A DNA stretch of 64,000 bases. Source: a virus. Lineage: Duplodnaviria; Caudoviricetes. The notes beneath the pieces are model-generated. The model was not told the DNA's origin, did not search any database, and saw nothing but the letters and a program-made list of their open reading frames with translations. Below, in pieces: positions 1 through 9,806 of the stretch (position 1 is its first letter; each line of letters opens with the position of its first letter). A program made the translations under genes and the position numbers. Location: positions 1 through 64,000 of the IMG/VR virus record IMGVR_UViG_3300028549_000507, one strand, 5' to 3'.

Positions 1-108
1 CTCCAAGAATTTTATGCTTCTTAGCATTCGATTCGACCTTTGAATCTTCTTCGGTTGAAAATATGGAACCAATAATCTCATGTCTTATAATCGTATTTAA
101 ATTACTCA

Positions 109-843
109 TTATACATAACTCGCATTGTAGTTCATAACTTCTTCTATTCTGTCTGGATCTTTGTAGTAGTCCTCGTCCATCTGAGTAATAAGATCATCTC
201 TTACAGACTCATAATCTTTAAACTCTGATACAAAGTCCTTTAATTCAACACCACCAAAAGACCCACCATCAGTAACTGTGTAGAATTTATAGTACAATGC
301 AATTTTGCAATCACACTCATACAATTTCTTAAACAACTCATGATAGCCAGTCTTAACCTCTTCAAGTTTTCTCATCTGATGCATTGATACAGAAAAGTCC
401 ATATGAGTCTTAGCTGGTGGATTTAGGACAAGTATATTTGGAGCCTCGAATGATGCTGTAAAACGTACATCTGCAATTCCCATAGATGACATGACTCTAG
501 ATGACATTGCATCAATTAGTCCAGGATTTGAGAATGTTCCACCGCCTGTAAAGTTTCTTGGGTAGTTGAACGTTGCGATTCCGGTATATGGATACAATTC
601 GTCATACTGTGGTATGACATATTTTGTACTTCTACTCACACGACCAGTGCTATCTAGAACTTCAACACCCATAGCACCATTTACAGAAATACCTTTTACA
701 ACTTTAGGATAGTATGATGAATAAGTAGTTAATGTCTCATCCATCAATATCTCTATCCAAAAGTCTTTATCAACGGCCTTGAATACCGGATCGGGCATTC
801 TATTTTTTATACGAGATATTAGAGTATTAATATTTAGAGACAT
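109..843 (-). CDS. Putative neck/head-completion protein (T4 gp13-like)
   Basis: 244 aa, directly downstream of the protease. The N-terminal pattern (LISRIK..P....EIL.DETL..YS.YYP) recalls gp13-type adaptors; resemblance by eye only. Confidence 0.4.
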   Translation of the reverse strand: MSLNINTLISRIKNRMPDPVFKAVDKDFWIEILMDETLTTYSSYYPKVVKGISVNGAMGVEVLDSTGRVSRSTKYVIPQYDELYPYTGIATFNYPRNFTGGGTFSNPGLIDAMSSRVMSSMGIADVRFTASFEAPNILVLNPPAKTHMDFSVSMHQMRKLEEVKTGYHELFKKLYECDCKIALYYKFYTVTDGGSFGGVELKDFVSEFKDYESVRDDLITQMDEDYYKDPDRIEEVMNYNASYV

Positions 844-858
844 ATAATCTCCTTTTTA

Positions 859-1713
859 TTATAGGATTTCACTAAGAATTGTTCTAGACATAGGAAGATC
901 CAAACGGACACCCTCATTACTAAACACTGTCAAAGTATTCTTACCAGTGATACTCATTTTAACATTATTTAGATCGATACCAAACATATCACCAACGATA
1001 TCGACACCTTCTTCTGATCTCATAAGATCTTTGATCTCTGACAATGTATCTTTATATACGATCTCTGTCAAAGATTCTGAGGTTCTTATGGATGTACTTG
1101 TGCTTATTTTAGTTTTACTAGCAATAGCTTTGAATTCTGAAGGTTTCATGATCCGAGCATCTTCAAGTCCAGGAAGTGTAACGCAGTCATATGATGCAAT
1201 AAACATTGGGTGTTTTTTGACTACGTATCCTCTTCCGCCTTCATTCTTCTGAACAAAGTTTGGAGTATATGCTCTTACCGACATTGCGAGATTCGAACCA
1301 TGGTCAACAAGAAGCTCTCTATACATCTGACCAAATGGACCAGCCCACTGTACAAGACCTTTGATATCTGATCCATCTGCCCAATAATTATCAATACGGT
1401 GAGAGATTCTTGAAGGTTCAATTCTCATAAGACGTTTGAGCGGAAGAGGTTCTTCTGTATCGCTAGCAGGGTGTTCCGCTTCTCCGAAGAAACATTTCTG
1501 ATCAAGTTTCTCTTGAACACGTCTATCCTGCATAGATGATAGCATATCTTGGAATGGATAGTATGTGTTATTTCTAGAGATTTGATCACAATTTATAAGT
1601 GTGCATTCAAATATAGATCCGTCATTGGATACGAGTTTTGCATCATTAAGATGCTTGAAAGATTCCATTGTAACCATTATAGGTATGCTTAAGTCTAGTA
1701 CTTTTCTTGACAT
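859..1713 (-). CDS. Prohead core (maturation) serine protease, T4 gp21/phiKZ gp175-like
   Basis: Motifs SRNNTYYP, FFGEAEHP, MSVRA and YDCVTLPG match the gp21 family. Start moved to the ATG at 1713 (SD AAAGGA); the track start at 1728 is a TTG. Confidence 0.85.
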   Translation of the reverse strand: MSRKVLDLSIPIMVTMESFKHLNDAKLVSNDGSIFECTLINCDQISRNNTYYPFQDMLSSMQDRRVQEKLDQKCFFGEAEHPASDTEEPLPLKRLMRIEPSRISHRIDNYWADGSDIKGLVQWAGPFGQMYRELLVDHGSNLAMSVRAYTPNFVQKNEGGRGYVVKKHPMFIASYDCVTLPGLEDARIMKPSEFKAIASKTKISTSTSIRTSESLTEIVYKDTLSEIKDLMRSEEGVDIVGDMFGIDLNNVKMSITGKNTLTVFSNEGVRLDLPMSRTILSEIL

Positions 1714-1747
1714 TATAAATCCTTTCAAAACAGATTTCGTTATTTAT

Positions 1748-1759
1748 CAATACGATGTT
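1748..1759 (-). promoter_or_regulatory. Late promoter AACA-N6-TG
   Basis: AACATCGTATTG upstream of the protease gene. Confidence 0.7.
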
Positions 1760-1768
1760 CATCATCTA

Positions 1769-1780
1769 AACATTTAATTG
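1769..1780 (+). promoter_or_regulatory. Late promoter AACA-N6-TG
   Basis: AACATTTAATTG upstream of 1816, divergent from the previous promoter. Confidence 0.7.
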
Positions 1781-1815
1781 GTATAAAAATTATTTTTTAA
1801 TTTAAGGAATGATCT

Positions 1816-3411
1816 ATGAGTCAAAAATCATTTGAATCAGAATTGTTTGAAGTTATGGGATTAGAATCTTCTGTAGATAATATTTCATATGAGTATGATG
1901 AAATATCTTGGGAATCATCTAATATTTATGATGATAATTTTGTTAGATATTCTGAAGAATCTACAAGTGCGAGCATTTTGTTAAAGATTTCTGAAGAGTA
2001 TATTAATAATGCTGTATCGTTTGAATCTAGCGGAGATAATATTGTTGTTAGAATTTTTAAGTTCATTTGGGGAATTATTAAGAAAATTGTAGCAGCTATT
2101 AAAAATTTCTTTTTGTGGATTGTAAATGGGATTAAATCGTTGTTTGGTGGAGGATCTGGTGGAGGGGTGGCTCAAATTACAAGTAGTTCGAATCCGAATA
2201 GAGATATCGTAATTACCGCAGTAATGTCCAAAGTTATTACAGTTCCTGTGATTGATAACTCTAAATTAAATGAATCTATGAAAAAACAAAAAGAATCACA
2301 AATAGAAATGGAAAAAGCTATAAAAGATTTTTCTAACACTTGTGATATTAATGTCATAAAGAAACCAACGATTGATGGTATTGATAAAAGTTCTAAAGAA
2401 CTCGATGAATTGATCGCAAGAAATAATGAAACGGCTCGTCAAATAGAGTTGGATATTGAAAAAAGAAAACTTGATAGAGAGAAACGTGAAACCGAAGAAA
2501 AAGATCGTATAGCCAGAGAAGCAAAAGAATCTTCCGAACGATCTTTAAAAGCCGCTCAAGATGCTGCTAAGAACGCCATAGCACTGATGCATAAGAAAGC
2601 TATGCAAGATAAAGAGGACAAAGATAGAAATGAAAAAGAGAAAAGAGAAAGAGATGAAGCGCTCGCTCAAAGTCAAAAGCGTCTACAAGAACTAAGAGAA
2701 GAACGAGAAGCGAATGATAAGAAGCGTAAACAAGAGGCTAAAGATACTGAGAAGTTCTTATCGGAAATAATTGAAACCTCAAAAGCTCGTAATGAGGAAC
2801 TTTTGAATAAAAGATTTATAGAAGAAAAAAATAAAATAAGAGAACGTGACCGTATCGGAAGAATGAATTCTTATATAAGTGGTAGAATTAGTACTCAAAA
2901 GACTATATCTGACTATTTTAATAACTATTCAACTATGACCGTTGATAGACGTAAACTTCAAAAAAGTATCGATGATATACAGCATCATATTCGTGGATAC
3001 GATGAATCTCTAAAATTCCTTGATAAACTTATTGAGAAAATTATAGACTCCGAGAGAACTACAACAAACCTTATAAATACTGCAGATAGTAAACATCATA
3101 TGTTGAATGATTCATATGTGAATAGAGTTCAATATAATAACTATCTTCAAAAAGTCAGAACACAAATCGCAAATCTTGTTAAAGCTATTAATACTAATGT
3201 TGGCGATGCTACATCTACTGTTAAAGAGTTGATGTGGTGTGCTCAAGACGATACTCTATTATCGAATATAATAATAAGTGCTAGAGATGCTATAGAATAT
3301 GTTGGAAAGCGTAGCGATAATAGATACAATACTGTTGTAGGTGGTTTGGATGATCTAAGACGTCGGGATGAACAGTTTAAGATGATTGAAGATATGAAAA
3401 GAAAGGTATAA
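1816..3411 (+). CDS. Internal head (ejection) protein with protease-cleaved propeptide and long charged coiled coil
   Basis: Acidic N-terminus with many S/G-x-E sites (SFE, GLE, SYE, SWE, SEE, SFE), then an amphipathic helix IFKFIWGIIKKIVAAIKNFF and an E/K/R-rich middle. Confidence 0.6.
   Translation: MSQKSFESELFEVMGLESSVDNISYEYDEISWESSNIYDDNFVRYSEESTSASILLKISEEYINNAVSFESSGDNIVVRIFKFIWGIIKKIVAAIKNFFLWIVNGIKSLFGGGSGGGVAQITSSSNPNRDIVITAVMSKVITVPVIDNSKLNESMKKQKESQIEMEKAIKDFSNTCDINVIKKPTIDGIDKSSKELDELIARNNETARQIELDIEKRKLDREKRETEEKDRIAREAKESSERSLKAAQDAAKNAIALMHKKAMQDKEDKDRNEKEKRERDEALAQSQKRLQELREEREANDKKRKQEAKDTEKFLSEIIETSKARNEELLNKRFIEEKNKIRERDRIGRMNSYISGRISTQKTISDYFNNYSTMTVDRRKLQKSIDDIQHHIRGYDESLKFLDKLIEKIIDSERTTTNLINTADSKHHMLNDSYVNRVQYNNYLQKVRTQIANLVKAINTNVGDATSTVKELMWCAQDDTLLSNIIISARDAIEYVGKRSDNRYNTVVGGLDDLRRRDEQFKMIEDMKRKV
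1826..1865 (+). repeat. 40-nt direct repeat, copy 1
   Basis: AATCATTTGAATCAGAATTGTTTGAAGTTATGGGATTAGA, identical at 3429-3468. Confidence 0.95.
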
Positions 3412-3418
3412 AAATAAA

Positions 3419-4624
3419 ATGAATATACAATCATTTGAATCAGAATTGTTTGAAGTTATGGGATTAGAGTCCCATTTGGAATACGATTGTAGTGTAGAAT
3501 CAGATATGATCTACGATGATAATTTTATACAGTATACCCAAGAAATGGTTGGAGTTACTGTACTTATGGCTGCTTCGGAAAGTGTAATATTTTCTATGGA
3601 GTCTGAAGATAATATTCTTGTAAGATTCTTTAAATTTATTATCGACGTAATTAAGAAGCTTGTCAAAGGAATTATAGATTTTGTAAAATGGATCGGTAAA
3701 AGTATTAAAAGTTTGTTTGTTCCTGATAAATCTAAACAAGAAGAAATTAAAACAATTTCCGAATTGCCTAAAGATAAGATAAAAGAAATTTCTGAAAACG
3801 ATAAAATTAAAGCTATAACCATTAATACCGTTGAAACTGATGAATTTAAAAGGGTTGAATCTGAGAGAAGTAAAGTTTATCAAGATTGCCTAAACAAGGT
3901 TAATGAAAATAGTAAGATGATGGAAGCTTTCCGAAACGTCAATGCTACAAGTACGAATCTCGACTCAACGAGCACCCAACTTGCAGAAATTAATGAAAGT
4001 CTTAAACAATTCGATAGTATTATGGGCGATAGACATAGGCCTAAACCCGAAGATAGAACTTCTAAAGATACAAATCATGCTAAATTTATAAATTATAGAA
4101 CAATGAATGCTGTGGATTATATAAGTAACATATATAAGCTAGACCCTGCATCTTCTGAAAATCTCCCGGATCTACAGAAGTGTATAAAAATGGTTGAGAT
4201 TCGTGAAAATGATATAGAAAGACGATTAAAATCGCTCGAAAGAACTCTTGAAAGTATTTCCAAAATTACTGAGGAACTTGAAAAAGATAAATCATCAACT
4301 TCCACTGATATTCATAGTAGTGGATATTTTACAAGTGGATCCGATGATACTAAGTATAAAAATGTTGATAGAGTGAAAATCTTGAAAATGCTTAATGGTG
4401 TTAAATCTAATGTATCATTATCGATATCCATTGTCAAAAAGATAATGGAAGGAGATGCTGAGTATATGTCTGAATTGGGTAAGTGTTCTAAAAAAGCTGA
4501 TGCATTTAGACGTTCGATAAATATGGTGATAAAAGGTGGAACTCTTAAAGATATAGATCAAAAGATTCATTTTGCCAATGATGATCGTAAGGCCGAAAAT
4601 CGTAAGTTTGATAGTAATAAGTAG
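3419..4624 (+). CDS. Internal head protein, paralog of 1816-3411
   Basis: Same SFESELFEVMGLES start, S-x-E propeptide and NILVRFFKFIIDVIKK helix. Confidence 0.6.
   Translation: MNIQSFESELFEVMGLESHLEYDCSVESDMIYDDNFIQYTQEMVGVTVLMAASESVIFSMESEDNILVRFFKFIIDVIKKLVKGIIDFVKWIGKSIKSLFVPDKSKQEEIKTISELPKDKIKEISENDKIKAITINTVETDEFKRVESERSKVYQDCLNKVNENSKMMEAFRNVNATSTNLDSTSTQLAEINESLKQFDSIMGDRHRPKPEDRTSKDTNHAKFINYRTMNAVDYISNIYKLDPASSENLPDLQKCIKMVEIRENDIERRLKSLERTLESISKITEELEKDKSSTSTDIHSSGYFTSGSDDTKYKNVDRVKILKMLNGVKSNVSLSISIVKKIMEGDAEYMSELGKCSKKADAFRRSINMVIKGGTLKDIDQKIHFANDDRKAENRKFDSNK
3429..3468 (+). repeat. 40-nt direct repeat, copy 2
   Basis: Identical to 1826-1865. Confidence 0.95.
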
Positions 4625-4653
4625 AGTTAACTGGTTAGGGGTTAATTTTCTTA

Positions 4654-4665
4654 AACATCTTAGTA
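4654..4665 (+). promoter_or_regulatory. Late promoter AACA-N6-TA
   Basis: AACATCTTAGTA. Confidence 0.7.
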
Positions 4666-4695
4666 GATGTAACAATATTTTTTAAGAGGTACTAC

Positions 4696-6498
4696 ATGGA
4701 TATTGTAATTGAAAATAAGCCCCTATCCCTCATAGCGGCACTTCTTTACGGAAAATTCTACGACGAGTATGATGCTGATGATAATGATGGTATACGTAGA
4801 AGTAATCTGAATAGTTTTATATTTAGATCTCTTAATAGAGATGCATTTACTTCTATTGGTGAAACATTTATCGGACTTAATGATGGTGCTCTTGTAAATT
4901 ATTCTAAAGATCATGCTAATCTTTTCAACAATACTGGTAAAAGTATACTAATGTCTATGATATATGAAGTATATAACGCTAAACATGGCGACGACGTTAA
5001 TACTTATATACCAGAATTTGCAGAGATAAATCGTGGACTTATATTGGGTTTAACTAAAGAGATGTCAGATTTCTCATATAGGAATATGAATCTTACGCTT
5101 AGTAAATTTAGCGCAGATGGATCTAAGAATAAAGTATTCCCATTCCTATCTGTAGCCCCGTATTTTGAAGATGGTATTGGTGGATTAAATCATTCGCAGA
5201 TATTCCCTATAATTAATAGTGCTATCTATTATATTCTTACGGGAACTATGTTTGGTCTTATCGGTGATGAGATTAAAGTTAGAGAAATCTTTGGATATGA
5301 GTCTGATACTGCTGTAGACGTTGATAGTCTATTTAAAGCCCTTCCTCAGGATAAGATTCTGAATATTTCACATCTTGCCATGATGTTTGAAATCATATGT
5401 GATTATACTGAAAAATCTACTGGTGTTAAATTTAATGATAAATTTACAGCAGCTTTTAGAACATTCGGTTCCGCATATATGAAAAAATTCAACGAAGCTA
5501 ACGATGGGTGTGATTATTCTTCATGTATTACTAGTGATGCATATGATATTAATACTCGTGCAGCTATGGTTGTAATGGATTCATTGTGTCCAACATCCCA
5601 AAGATACGTTGGAGATCATACTTATGACTTACGTCCTATGTATTTCCAACATATACTTAGAGATACTACATATTTACCACCAATGTATGCCAGAGTTCAA
5701 GATGAATTCAATGGTGCATGGGCTGATTTGGAGAAGTATACTTCAATCATGGATCTTCATGCATATGAACGGGCTATGAGAACTTGTTTGACATATCTCG
5801 AGTCTATGAATATGACTGATGATTCTGCATTTGTATCTAACTGGTATAAATACATACACTTAGATACTCTTATTAACAATGCATTTAGATGCTGGTCTTC
5901 TTCGAAGTCTCCATTTAAAATCGTTGGAGTAGATGATTTGTATGTTGAAGTTGATTCTATTAATGATTCGACTGTTAAAAAGTGTATGAGTATTAACTCT
6001 ATTCAATATTCTATCGGATTTGAAAGAGCTATTACAATTGCTAAAGCCCTCAATGCTAGATATATTGAAGCCGTTGAGTGGATTTATTGTAAAAAATCTA
6101 GAGCACAATTTAATTCAGATTTCTATAAGAAAATCGATTATGTTGCTGAAGGATTTTTAGCATATGATAGTGTCGAAGACGCTATTAGAGATTACAAGAC
6201 ATTTAAACAGCCTAGATTGACAACTATCGGAGATTATTCAAATTCCGATTTGGCAACTTATGCTAGTAAAAATAATGTAGATTGTGGGAATAAAACTATA
6301 GTGAAGCTTTGTGATTTAGACACTTCCTATGTTGACTCAGATCGATCTGTCGTCCGATATCCTTTCGATATCGTTAGAAATGGAAACTTTAACAATTTAA
6401 TTTTAACCAATTCGAATGATTCGGGTAAAAAATTTGCTACAACAATTAAGAATCTCGAAAATGCAGAGTTCGCCTTTTTGATGAAACAAAAAGATTAG
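4696..6498 (+). CDS. Hypothetical late protein (head module)
   Basis: 600 aa ORF, SD GAGGT, late promoter; no recognisable motif. Confidence 0.6.
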   Translation: MDIVIENKPLSLIAALLYGKFYDEYDADDNDGIRRSNLNSFIFRSLNRDAFTSIGETFIGLNDGALVNYSKDHANLFNNTGKSILMSMIYEVYNAKHGDDVNTYIPEFAEINRGLILGLTKEMSDFSYRNMNLTLSKFSADGSKNKVFPFLSVAPYFEDGIGGLNHSQIFPIINSAIYYILTGTMFGLIGDEIKVREIFGYESDTAVDVDSLFKALPQDKILNISHLAMMFEIICDYTEKSTGVKFNDKFTAAFRTFGSAYMKKFNEANDGCDYSSCITSDAYDINTRAAMVVMDSLCPTSQRYVGDHTYDLRPMYFQHILRDTTYLPPMYARVQDEFNGAWADLEKYTSIMDLHAYERAMRTCLTYLESMNMTDDSAFVSNWYKYIHLDTLINNAFRCWSSSKSPFKIVGVDDLYVEVDSINDSTVKKCMSINSIQYSIGFERAITIAKALNARYIEAVEWIYCKKSRAQFNSDFYKKIDYVAEGFLAYDSVEDAIRDYKTFKQPRLTTIGDYSNSDLATYASKNNVDCGNKTIVKLCDLDTSYVDSDRSVVRYPFDIVRNGNFNNLILTNSNDSGKKFATTIKNLENAEFAFLMKQKD

Positions 6499-6508
6499 GA
6501 GCTCTCAA

Positions 6509-7198
6509 ATGAGTATATCTGATATGTACTTTAAGCTTTTTGGTACTTCTTTGGAAAATAAAGAAATATCCAATAATAAAGAACAAATTAATGGATTAGA
6601 GGCGCTTGGGGATGTAGTTAAGGAGGGTTCTAGTGACGCTCCGATGGACAATCCTGAGGAAAACCCTAACGCTAATGAAGAGAAAGTAAAACCTTCAAAG
6701 GACGTTAAGGATACTAAAGAAAACCCAATGGAGGACGCAAAACCTTCCGAAGACGACTCTAATGCTGAAGACGATTCTACTGATAATAACGAAGGTAATC
6801 CTTCTGATGGAGATACTGGTGATGGTGAAGATGGCAATTCGATGAATGAGCCGTCCGATCCATCCCAGACTACCTCCGATGATGGTGCTCCTAGTGAAGA
6901 TCTGGTTAGTGAGGATGATAAAAAGGATTTATCCAAAGATCCAAACTTTGCCGAGAATCGTCGTATACTCTTGTCCAACAAACTTTTGAAACTTTTTGAT
7001 AGTATCAAGGATAGTATGAATGATATTGCTAATGGACCTAGTTTTTCTAATAAACCTGTCATTATTGAAGAACTTAGCGAACTTAGCGATAGCGTGCAGA
7101 GCATCATTATAGGAATCAATAAAGAACCTGACCATAAAGTATTGTTGATGAGATATGCTGTTTGTGTTAAAATTTATAATCGAATAATTAGAATGTAA
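6509..7198 (+). CDS. Acidic low-complexity protein upstream of the major capsid gene (possible scaffold/assembly factor)
   Basis: D/E/N/S/P-rich central ~110 aa, helical C-terminus, SLE and GLE sites, position next to the capsid gene. Confidence 0.5.
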   Translation: MSISDMYFKLFGTSLENKEISNNKEQINGLEALGDVVKEGSSDAPMDNPEENPNANEEKVKPSKDVKDTKENPMEDAKPSEDDSNAEDDSTDNNEGNPSDGDTGDGEDGNSMNEPSDPSQTTSDDGAPSEDLVSEDDKKDLSKDPNFAENRRILLSNKLLKLFDSIKDSMNDIANGPSFSNKPVIIEELSELSDSVQSIIIGINKEPDHKVLLMRYAVCVKIYNRIIRM

Positions 7199-7213
7199 TT
7201 TAGGAGGATTTAT

Positions 7214-9043
7214 ATGGACCATATCACTAATCAACCGATTAATGGTCGTATCGATGAACTCTACCAGACCTTCGAAGCGGAATATCGTCTTGACCCGTAT
7301 AACTCGGACAATCTTGGTCGTATCTTTGGAGATCCTGTAGCAACCGAATCGTACCTTAATCTTCTTCTTGCCGATGTGCCAGAAGAATCAAGTCGCGAGT
7401 CGATTTCACACCATATTCTCAACTCTATGAAAGTTCGCTCTGCCGGTGCAGCAGCTCAGTTCATGCGTTCAGAAGAAGGTTTCGACCATACATCTACACC
7501 AGGTACCAATATTGGTGCTCTTGATGCATATGTTCCTGCGACTATCCTTGGGTATCATGCAAAATCAATCATGCTTGATATCTATAAAACTCTGAATCAC
7601 AAAGACAGAGAATTCCCAATTCAGTTCGAACTCGCGTTCGCAATTGATGGAAACTCATCTAATCTTGCTGATCGTAAATTCCTCCCGAATGCAATTCGTG
7701 ATGGATCTATCGCTGGTCTCCTTAACCCTATGCGTATTGACCTTGCTGTCGGTGCTGCTGTGGTTGGTCAGACTCACATTATGACACATGATGGTAAAGC
7801 TTTTGCTAAACTTGGTGTTAAAGGTAATGCGATTGAAGATTCAGGTAAGAACCTTCAAGACTGGGCAATCGCCGAAGATATCCGTATCAATGAAATTGTA
7901 TACGATAAATCTGGTGATATTGCAACTGGTCCTGCTGGAACTGCTGTACTTGCTACCGAAATCGTAGCAGCTCGTGCAGAAGTTAAAGGATATGGCGGAG
8001 ACGTAGTTGCTCAGCGTCATATCGGTGTTGAAGTTCAGCTCACCCTCGCTTCTGGCGAAGTTGAAGAAGATTTCTTCACATTCTATATCAATCGTGATAC
8101 AGGTGAATACCGTGTTACACAGTGTTCAACTGGACGTATTAAGGGTTGTACAATCAATGCTGCATTCCTTAATCCTACAAACGATGCGTCTACAATCCGT
8201 CACGGTCGTGAAGTAATCACTCACCGTATCGTAGCAAATCCACGTAAAACCATGTCTCTTGGTCTTGCAATGGATACTGTTATGGATGAATTCGTTGCAG
8301 CTAATGCTGGTTCTTCTGATATCGTAAAATACGTATCAAATGAATTCTCAACAATTCTTGCCGGTGTAAACGACAATGATATGGAACAGCACATGATCGG
8401 TAATATCGATAAGTGTGTAGCTAATCAGAGTCTTCTCTACAAATATATCGCTTCTCGCCGTCTCGGTGGATTCGCTGCATTTGAAGAGATCGACCTTACA
8501 AAACGTGGACCTGGTGGTGAACGCCCACTTAGCTGGATGGAAGAAGCTATCAAAGATACTACTTCTAACCTTCTTATTATGGCTGAAACTGACACTCAGT
8601 TCTCTCAGGAATCAGATCGTGAATGGGTATTCGCTGGTTATCAGACTGACGTTAAACGTTTTGTTGATACAAAGTATACTACTGAAACTGCTGTTGGTGG
8701 AGAAACTCGTTTTGGTTTCAAGAAAATGAATGCATATGCGTACTCTGATAACTTCGGACAGCGTGTTAAATTCATTGGTTCATCTGACGTACGTTGGCAG
8801 GGTCGTCACGTATATGGATTCCTCCGTAGTAACTCACCTAAGGTTCAACCTACAGGTATCTACCACGGTTATGACTTCCGTATCGTGAAATCTCGTGACG
8901 CTCGTCAAATGGGTATCGACAGTATTTCATACTGGACACATGATACATGGGATATTCTTGCACTGTGTGCTGTTAAGCTCAAACTTATCAACCCACGTAA
9001 CCTGTACAAGAATCTTATGTCTGAAAGTTTCAAAAATCAGTAA
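7214..9043 (+). CDS. Major capsid protein precursor
   Basis: 609 aa with highly-expressed-type codon usage, SD AGGAGG, likely propeptide ending at RSEE|G, strong UUCG terminator, head-module context. Confidence 0.8.
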   Translation: MDHITNQPINGRIDELYQTFEAEYRLDPYNSDNLGRIFGDPVATESYLNLLLADVPEESSRESISHHILNSMKVRSAGAAAQFMRSEEGFDHTSTPGTNIGALDAYVPATILGYHAKSIMLDIYKTLNHKDREFPIQFELAFAIDGNSSNLADRKFLPNAIRDGSIAGLLNPMRIDLAVGAAVVGQTHIMTHDGKAFAKLGVKGNAIEDSGKNLQDWAIAEDIRINEIVYDKSGDIATGPAGTAVLATEIVAARAEVKGYGGDVVAQRHIGVEVQLTLASGEVEEDFFTFYINRDTGEYRVTQCSTGRIKGCTINAAFLNPTNDASTIRHGREVITHRIVANPRKTMSLGLAMDTVMDEFVAANAGSSDIVKYVSNEFSTILAGVNDNDMEQHMIGNIDKCVANQSLLYKYIASRRLGGFAAFEEIDLTKRGPGGERPLSWMEEAIKDTTSNLLIMAETDTQFSQESDREWVFAGYQTDVKRFVDTKYTTETAVGGETRFGFKKMNAYAYSDNFGQRVKFIGSSDVRWQGRHVYGFLRSNSPKVQPTGIYHGYDFRIVKSRDARQMGIDSISYWTHDTWDILALCAVKLKLINPRNLYKNLMSESFKNQ

Positions 9044-9070
9044 TTTCTCTGAATTGGTTCTTTTTGTTGC

Positions 9071-9100
9071 GAAGAGAGGGGCTTCGGCTCCTCTCTTTTC
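9071..9100 (+). terminator. Intrinsic terminator of the capsid operon
   Basis: GAGAGGGG-CTTCGG-CTCCTCTC followed by TTTT. Confidence 0.85.
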
Positions 9101-9111
9101 TTGTACCATAG

Positions 9112-9142
9112 AAAAAAAAGAGAGTGGCATTACACCACTCTC
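9112..9142 (-). terminator. Intrinsic terminator for the minus-strand operon
   Basis: GAGAGTGG/CCACTCTC stem with an 8-nt T-tract on the minus strand. Confidence 0.85.
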
Positions 9143-9149
9143 AATTATA

Positions 9150-9806
9150 TTATTCCGGTATATCTACTGGAGGTTTCTCACTTTCTTTTAATTCCTGCAT
9201 CATCTGAGCATGCTTTTCGGCCACCTTTCTAGCATTACCACTAAACTCAGGAGATGTTGTCATTACTTCAATAAATGCTTTGTGGAATTTACTAAACTCC
9301 GATATACATTCTTTAACTTTATTCTCAACCACCTCAAGAGAATCTAGAGTATGAAATCTTGATGTATCAAATGGATAATTGGCGGAAACGCGACAATATG
9401 GACATTGTATTTCAAAGACCGAAGGAACTTTAACATCTAAAATCTTAGATGCCAAATGTATCTCCCAGTAATAGAAGTTGCGATAATCCTGACTCATATC
9501 AGTTGGTCTTACTCTTGAAATAGCTTCTCTAAATCTATTAGGATCTATGGTATACTTTTCATATACCATCTTAAGAATACCATTATATTGATCCTTGAGT
9601 TGTTTAACATAATATTCTGTAGGATGGTTCGTCATAGGGTAGAATTCCGGAACCGTCCGATATCTTATGTATTCCCCACAATTAATACATGAGAATCGGA
9701 TCTCCTCAACCGTTGATTGCTGAGGAAGTTTTCCAGAAGGATGATCCAAATAATCATAGCGATTCTTATTACCTTTTACTGTTACTGCTAATCCTGTTCT
9801 ACTCAT
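9150..9806 (-). CDS. Hypothetical protein with two CxxC pairs (possible Zn-binding)
   Basis: CINC and CPYC in a 218 aa ORF. Confidence 0.6.
   Translation of the reverse strand: MSRTGLAVTVKGNKNRYDYLDHPSGKLPQQSTVEEIRFSCINCGEYIRYRTVPEFYPMTNHPTEYYVKQLKDQYNGILKMVYEKYTIDPNRFREAISRVRPTDMSQDYRNFYYWEIHLASKILDVKVPSVFEIQCPYCRVSANYPFDTSRFHTLDSLEVVENKVKECISEFSKFHKAFIEVMTTSPEFSGNARKVAEKHAQMMQELKESEKPPVDIPE

Noticed and set aside
6505-7119. Long antisense ORFs (also 20502-21149, 30224-30871, 52931-53557, 58470-58934)
   Set aside because: They fully overlap well-supported genes, have mirror-image composition and lack promoters or SD sequences
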